Shown: positions 6,548 to 10,124 of the stretch, piece after piece
Position numbering within the stretch: the stretch's first letter is position 1
Layout of the letters: every line of letters starts with the position of its first letter
Assembly (NCBI GenBank): GCA_964565125.1
Contig: CAZMCX010000024.1
Span: forward strand, 1 to 10,124
Direction of reading: 5' to 3'
Source: an uncultured archaeon
GTDB lineage: Archaea > Iainarchaeota > Iainarchaeia > Iainarchaeales > 0-14-0-20-30-16
DNA length: 10,124 nucleotides
Made by a program: the position numbers and the translations under genes
Notes under the pieces: model-generated
Databases searched by the model: none
What the model was told of the DNA's origin: nothing
The model's input: the letters and a program-made list of their open reading frames with translations, nothing else

Positions 6548-6646
6548 GTAATTACGGTAATTATTGTAGTTATAGGCGGTAATTACGGGTAATTACCGTA
6601 ATTATTATAAATACTAGTATGTAATTATTGTAATAAAGGTAATTAC
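6548..6646. repeat. Iteron cluster 2: nine GTAATTAC-type sites overlapping the putative promoter and 5' region of the 6659 gene
   Basis: Site starts: 6548, 6557, 6566 (degenerate GTAGTTAT), 6579, 6589, 6598, 6621, 6630 (degenerate GTAATAAA) and 6639. Spacing within sub-blocks is 9-10 bp. TTATAAATA (~6604-6612) and the perfect palindrome ATACTAGTAT (6611-6620) lie between sub-blocks. Confidence 0.9.
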
Positions 6647-6658
6647 CAAGTGATAGAA

Positions 6659-7156
6659 ATGGGGCTGTTTGATAAAATAAAAAGTTTATTCTTAAAGAAA
6701 GTAGGAAAAAAAAACAAAGAACCCGAAGTAAATGAAAAAAAAGAGCTAAAAAAACCTGAAAAGTTTGAAATCAAAGAAGAAAGGGTAACAGAACCAAAGA
6801 AAAGTATACATAACACCCCAGAAGAACTAGAAGAAGTAGTTGTAGATGATTTATGGAACTATATTGACCCTATGAAAAATACCCAAGCTTATCACATAAT
6901 AAGTGTTGTTGGCTTCGAAGAATGGGTAGATATGCAAACAATAAAAGATAGGGTAAAACAGATGTTTTTTATAGAATATAAAAACGAAAAAAGTCTTTAT
7001 CCTTATATAAAAACTTTAGTAGACATTGGGTTATTAGAAACTAACGCCGTAGGCGGAAAGAGGCAATGGAAAAAAAGAGAGATCCTTATAAACATTAAAA
7101 AGGAAAAAGCTATGTTAACAACAAAAATAAAAACAGGTTTAAAATTAACTAAATAA
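6659..7156 (+). CDS. Orphan protein: N-terminal amphipathic helix, K/E-rich linker, C-terminal winged-helix-like domain
   Basis: The ATG at 6659 is preceded by AAGTGAT + 4 nt, the same GTGAT-N4-ATG register as the starts at 8482 and 9808. The N-terminus MGLFDKIKSLFLKKV resembles membrane-targeting amphipathic helices. Residues ~15-60 are low-complexity and K/E/P-rich. The C-terminus ...MQTIKDRV...SLYPYIKTLVDIGLLETNAVGGKRQWKK reads as helix-turn-helix plus wing. Confidence 0.6.
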   Translation: MGLFDKIKSLFLKKVGKKNKEPEVNEKKELKKPEKFEIKEERVTEPKKSIHNTPEELEEVVVDDLWNYIDPMKNTQAYHIISVVGFEEWVDMQTIKDRVKQMFFIEYKNEKSLYPYIKTLVDIGLLETNAVGGKRQWKKREILINIKKEKAMLTTKIKTGLKLTK

Positions 7157-7170
7157 CTGGTTTTTTGCTT

Positions 7171-7758
7171 TTACCCTTTATATTTTACATAAAAGCCTAC
7201 TAATTTATCAAATTTCTTAACCAACCCGCTTCTTTTTACGGCGGCACCATACCAACTTCCGTTTTTTATAAAGTTGATTATGTTTTCATATTGTCTTAAA
7301 AATATTTTATCTATGTGTTTTCCAAGTGATAGTTCTTCTAAAAGATCAATAAGCAACCGGTAATTACCCTGACTATCAATAACATATGTGTTTCTTATTT
7401 GGTTTTCCACTGCTTTGGTTATTTTTACTTCGTCCATAGAAACATCCACTACGCTATAACTTGCTGTCCAATTACCTTTAGATCGCCAATTATGTGCTGG
7501 ATTTTTACCAGTTTTAAAAAAATTAATTAAATAAGAAAATCCATCTTTAGTTACTATAATTTCGTTTTTGCCTTCTTTTATGTAAGAAAATTTGCTTAAA
7601 ACTCCTGGTCTATGATAAACATATTTTTTTCCAGTTTGCTTACAAACTACTTGGGTGTAGCCATATATTGCTCTAAATAGCTTTTGGTAAAGATAGGATG
7701 AATGTTTTACTTCATCTAATACTTTTATTTTATATCTTACTAAAAAAGCATCTACCAT
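7171..7758 (-). CDS. Orphan protein (195 aa), no family recognised
   Basis: The ORF is open from GTG at 7767, but the ATG at 7758 has GGGTG upstream in the usual register. It is convergent with the 6659 gene across a 14-bp gap. The N-terminus (MVDAFLVRYKI...SYLYQKLFRAIYGYTQ...YVYHRPGVL) has a beta-alpha-beta-beta pattern that could be a ferredoxin-like fold. That reading is speculative. Confidence 0.5.
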   Translation of the reverse strand: MVDAFLVRYKIKVLDEVKHSSYLYQKLFRAIYGYTQVVCKQTGKKYVYHRPGVLSKFSYIKEGKNEIIVTKDGFSYLINFFKTGKNPAHNWRSKGNWTASYSVVDVSMDEVKITKAVENQIRNTYVIDSQGNYRLLIDLLEELSLGKHIDKIFLRQYENIINFIKNGSWYGAAVKRSGLVKKFDKLVGFYVKYKG

Positions 7759-7886
7759 TAGATACACCCTATAGTTCCACTATTACCATTATTAATATAT
7801 TTTTTTAGGTTATGTAGATTATAGAAATAATAAAGTTTATATTTCAATCTTTATTTTTTGAATAAATAGACAAAAATTAGAAGTTA

Positions 7887-7907
7887 AGGTAAAATTAACT
7901 TTTACCT
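7887..7907 (-). terminator. Stem-loop overlapping the stop codon of the PRC-barrel gene
   Basis: AGGTAAAA-ttaac-TTTTACCT is a perfect 8-bp stem, followed on the minus strand by T-rich sequence. Its function is not demonstrated. Confidence 0.3.
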
Positions 7908-8216
7908 ATAACTTATTAATGCACCAGCCTTTATGTTAGGCCTTTTTTTATTATCATCTGAACTAGAATCATCAATTTTTCTATTTTTTGAAGCAACTAT
8001 GATAATGTCTTTAACTGCTAAAACGTTCTTATAAGGTATACTTTTCTCAGTTATTATCTTCTTTGCTTGTTGTTTTGTTTTTACTTTTAAAGGTTCTGTA
8101 GTTATAGTTTCTAGTTTACCTGTCTCTAAATTTACAACTATATCGTACACTTTGCCTTTATAGTCTCCGATGTCTGTATAGATGTCTCTGCCGAATAGTT
8201 CGGATAGTCTTAACAT
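7902..8216 (-). CDS. PRC-barrel domain protein
   Basis: The 104-aa product has the N-terminus LSELFGRDIYTDIGDYKGKVYDIVVNLETGKLETI, matching the PRC-barrel pattern (l.G..V....G..lG.v.D+.+d..tg.+). A strong SD, GGAGGG, lies 6 nt upstream of the ATG at 8216. The C-terminal tail is disordered and S/D/K-rich. Confidence 0.75.
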   Translation of the reverse strand: MLRLSELFGRDIYTDIGDYKGKVYDIVVNLETGKLETITTEPLKVKTKQQAKKIITEKSIPYKNVLAVKDIIIVASKNRKIDDSSSDDNKKRPNIKAGALISYR

Positions 8217-8481
8217 TTTAATCCCTCCAATATAATTAATTTGTTAAATCATTAAAGGAATATTTCCTTTACATATTATAGAAAATAATACTCATATATA
8301 TAGTTTTCGATTAGAAAGCCCCTAAACTCAAAAATATTCTTTTAATTTTTAAAGTGAATACTGGAACCATGGAGGGCCCTCTTGCACAGCTTTTTCAAGA
8401 CATAAGGAGAAACATTTAAATATAACCTGAACTTTAATTTAATTGTTATAATTAAAATATAGGAACAAGAGGGTGATGTTA

Positions 8482-8757
8482 ATGTATAAGTACACAATAG
8501 CTAAACAATTGGCTTCAAAGAGAGTAATAACAGGAAGAGGAGAAGAAGTAGGTAAATTGATAGATGTTTTGGTCAATGAACTAACTGGGGATGTAGAATA
8601 CCTATTAGTTGAAATAGACAGCCAGTCGAAATTGGTAAAAAGCCTTAACTTAAACACAGGAGACAGAATCATAAAAATACCATATGCAGCAGTTAGTGCA
8701 GTAAGTGATGTATTTATAGTAGATGAAAAGCAAATTACTGCTGAAGCTGAGGAATAG
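8482..8757 (+). CDS. PRC-barrel domain protein (second paralog)
   Basis: ...LASKRVITGRGEEVGKLIDVLVNELTGDVEYLLVEID... is a PRC-barrel signature. GGGTGAT + 4 nt precedes the ATG at 8482. The in-frame GTG at 8473 and ATG at 8476 fall inside the SD and are less likely starts. Confidence 0.75.
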   Translation: MYKYTIAKQLASKRVITGRGEEVGKLIDVLVNELTGDVEYLLVEIDSQSKLVKSLNLNTGDRIIKIPYAAVSAVSDVFIVDEKQITAEAEE

Positions 8758-9808
8758 AAAATATAATTTTTTTATTCTTCATATCTATTTTTATAATATT
8801 TTGTAAAAGAGGGTAATTTTTACCCTTAGTTTTTAATATTTTTAGTATTTGATCAGGTTTATTTCCTTTTTCTAATGCTTGTAGTATAGTTAGTCTAAGC
8901 TCTTCTAAAAAATCATAGTTTGCTTCAATCCATTTTGCCTTTTCACTACCTTCTTTTATATTTTGTTTAAAATCCTCTAACTTTAAGTCCATTTTTTTAA
9001 TAGTTATTTCAAGTTCCAAAGATTTTTTGTTGACCCCCTTTTTTTCTAAAACAATACTATCTAAGGAGTTAATGTATTTGTCTATAATATCATTAAAACT
9101 CGTTTTTATAACTTCTAAATTATCTACTTTTACATTAAAATATTCTAATTTTTTATTTTTTAGAAGAATACAATTATCCATAATTATTGGACTATTATAG
9201 ATTTTTTTTATTTTTTTTGTAATATTGTTTAAATCCGGGGCTTCTTTTGCCAAATGTTCAACAAGAGAAGGCGGAACATTAAGCTTTGAAATTATTTCAG
9301 AAATACTACAAAAGTTAAAGTTGGTTATTTTTGCAGGATTTTCTTTATTATTTGATGGAAAAACGTATTCTTTATTTGTGCCTATTTCTCTGTCCGCCCA
9401 TTTTTCTCTTATTTGGCTCGCAATTATTTTATAATTTTTATTTGTTAAAATTATATTATTATGTGAAAATAATTCAAATATTAAAAAGTTATTTCTTGTT
9501 TCAAAAACAATTACTTTTTCAAAATTCTTTTGTTCTATTTTTAAAATTTTTTCATTCCCCAATTGTTTTTCAAGATTTTTACAAAAACCAGTTTTTTCAC
9601 TGGTTTTGTAATTGTATTTTGTTAAAAATAAGAATCCGTTATAAACAATTAAATCGCGATTTGTATCTTTAGATTTTATTTTTATTTTTAAAGCATTTTC
9701 ATTTTTTTCTAAAGGTTGTATTTTTTGAATATACGCATTTGTTAATGTGTTATCAAGATTTCTTTCAAAGTATTTTACATTTAAATTGTTAAGTAGAATT
9801 TTTTCCAT
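8735..9808 (-). CDS. NFACT-N (FbpA/Rqc2/RqcH-like) protein, short form lacking the C-terminal NFACT-R region
   Basis: 357 aa. The pattern ...GFCKNLEKQLGNEKILKIEQKNFEKVIVFETRNNFLIFELFSHNNIILTNKNYKIIAS...REIGTNKEYVFP matches the NFACT-N core (F...LRK.L.g..I..I.Q...DRiv.f.f.....LI.ELf..gNiIL.d....I......R.i..g..Y..P). An HhH-like segment (ISKLNVPPSLVEHLAKEA) and a coiled-coil-like K/E-rich segment follow. GGGTGAT + 4 nt precedes the ATG at 9808. Confidence 0.7.
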   Translation of the reverse strand: MEKILLNNLNVKYFERNLDNTLTNAYIQKIQPLEKNENALKIKIKSKDTNRDLIVYNGFLFLTKYNYKTSEKTGFCKNLEKQLGNEKILKIEQKNFEKVIVFETRNNFLIFELFSHNNIILTNKNYKIIASQIREKWADREIGTNKEYVFPSNNKENPAKITNFNFCSISEIISKLNVPPSLVEHLAKEAPDLNNITKKIKKIYNSPIIMDNCILLKNKKLEYFNVKVDNLEVIKTSFNDIIDKYINSLDSIVLEKKGVNKKSLELEITIKKMDLKLEDFKQNIKEGSEKAKWIEANYDFLEELRLTILQALEKGNKPDQILKILKTKGKNYPLLQNIIKIDMKNKKIIFSIPQLQQ

Positions 9809-9945
9809 AAAATCACCCGTTGGTTGTAAGGGGACACCACACTAAATGATAGTTGATGTTATAAACAGCGTGCCTTGTTTTCTTGGTTCTCATACAAAAA
9901 TAACATAATAATATGTTTAAATAAGTTGTGTTGTAATGGAATATT

Positions 9946-10124
9946 ATGCGAGCAACAGTCAGAACCGAAGTCGTTGGAAATGAAGACTTGGAAAAAACAA
10001 TTATATTGAGTAATCAAGCCTGTTAAGAATGCATTGACATTGGAATGAAAGCCAAGACTTTCAACAAAACCAGACTGCACCAACTCACCTATGCTATTAT
10101 CAGAAAGGCTCACCCCAAACTCAA
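9946..10124 (+). pseudogene. tnpB: TnpB-like (IS200/IS605 OrfB family) N-terminal fragment with an in-frame TAA; runs off the window edge
   Basis: My own translation is MRATVRTEVVGNEDLEKTIILSNQAC*ECIDIGMKAKTFNKTRLHQLTYAIIRKAHPKL. It resembles the N-terminus of one TnpB subgroup (TV+.+L....e....L..T...fN.AcN.+s......+tFnK..Lh.L.Y..+R...p.L.sQ). The TAA is at 10024-10026, where homologs usually have Asn. This segment is ~40% GC by hand count, against ~27% in a sampled host line. Confidence 0.45.

Noticed and set aside
6241-7900. Integrated mobile element using tRNA-iMet as its attachment site
   Set aside because: There is no integrase or recombinase ORF. By eye I found no direct repeat of the tRNA 3' end downstream; the only similarity is an 8-nt cgttggtt at 9817-9824, which is compatible with chance. 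The idea is not excluded but is unsupported within this window.
8369-8419. 16-codon mini-ORF (MEGPLAQLFQDIRRNI*) in the GC-richer island between the PRC-barrel genes
   Set aside because: It has no SD or TATA in the registers seen elsewhere, and it is too short to evaluate. It is noted only as part of the palindrome-containing intergenic region.
362-9672. Short antisense or overlapping ORFs in the track (362-586, 522-773, 3320-3505, 3459-3671, 4221-4421, 4478-4663, 4815-5003, 8439-8672, 9225-9434, 9331-9672)
   Set aside because: Each lies entirely inside a longer, motif-supported gene on the opposite strand. Their low-complexity, F/L/I-rich translations are typical of AT-rich shadow frames.
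10024-10026. Stop-codon reassignment (TAA read through) to explain the in-frame stop in the TnpB-like frame
   Set aside because: TAA, TAG and TGA all terminate well-supported genes in this window: TAA for pelota, S17e and NFACT, TAG for ABCE1 and a PRC-barrel gene, TGA for Taw3. A nonsense mutation or sequencing error is more parsimonious.
9859-10113. 84-aa minus-strand ORF at the window edge
   Set aside because: It has no start context or recognisable motifs, and it lies antisense to a better-supported TnpB-like reading frame. It is probably a shadow ORF.

Overview
This is an AT-rich archaeal chromosomal window. Lines I hand-counted are about 25-30% GC, and the last ~180 bp are about 40% GC. 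The lineage is not determinable from this sequence. The small proteins and a truncated NFACT gene fit a reduced (DPANN-like) genome, but that is inference.

Coding content is mostly information-processing genes:
- Taw3/TYW3-like tRNA wyosine methyltransferase
- ribosomal protein S17e
- RNA polymerase subunit Rpo6/RpoK
- aPelota
- ABCE1
- TFE-alpha
- an initiator-type tRNA-Met(CAT)
- two PRC-barrel proteins
- a short NFACT-N (Rqc2/FbpA-like) protein
- a signal-peptide surface protein and three orphan ORFs
- at the right edge, a TnpB-like N-terminus with an in-frame TAA

The unusual content is non-coding:
1. Fourteen copies of the palindromic octamer GTAATTAC, mostly in 9-bp register. They form two clusters between the tRNA and an orphan gene whose product looks like amphipathic helix + K/E-rich linker + winged helix. 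This is my best candidate for an undescribed DNA-protein system.
2. A hairpin-dense 325-bp region containing a perfect 64-bp-period tandem repeat. A diverged third copy preserves one stem through compensatory changes.
3. A perfect 70-bp x 2.3 tandem repeat that reiterates the S17e start codon and upstream region, together with a hairpin module also present in (2).
4. Divergent pelota and ABCE1 start codons, each about 26 nt from a single shared TATA-like element.

All protein family calls rest on motifs recognised by eye. No searches were run.
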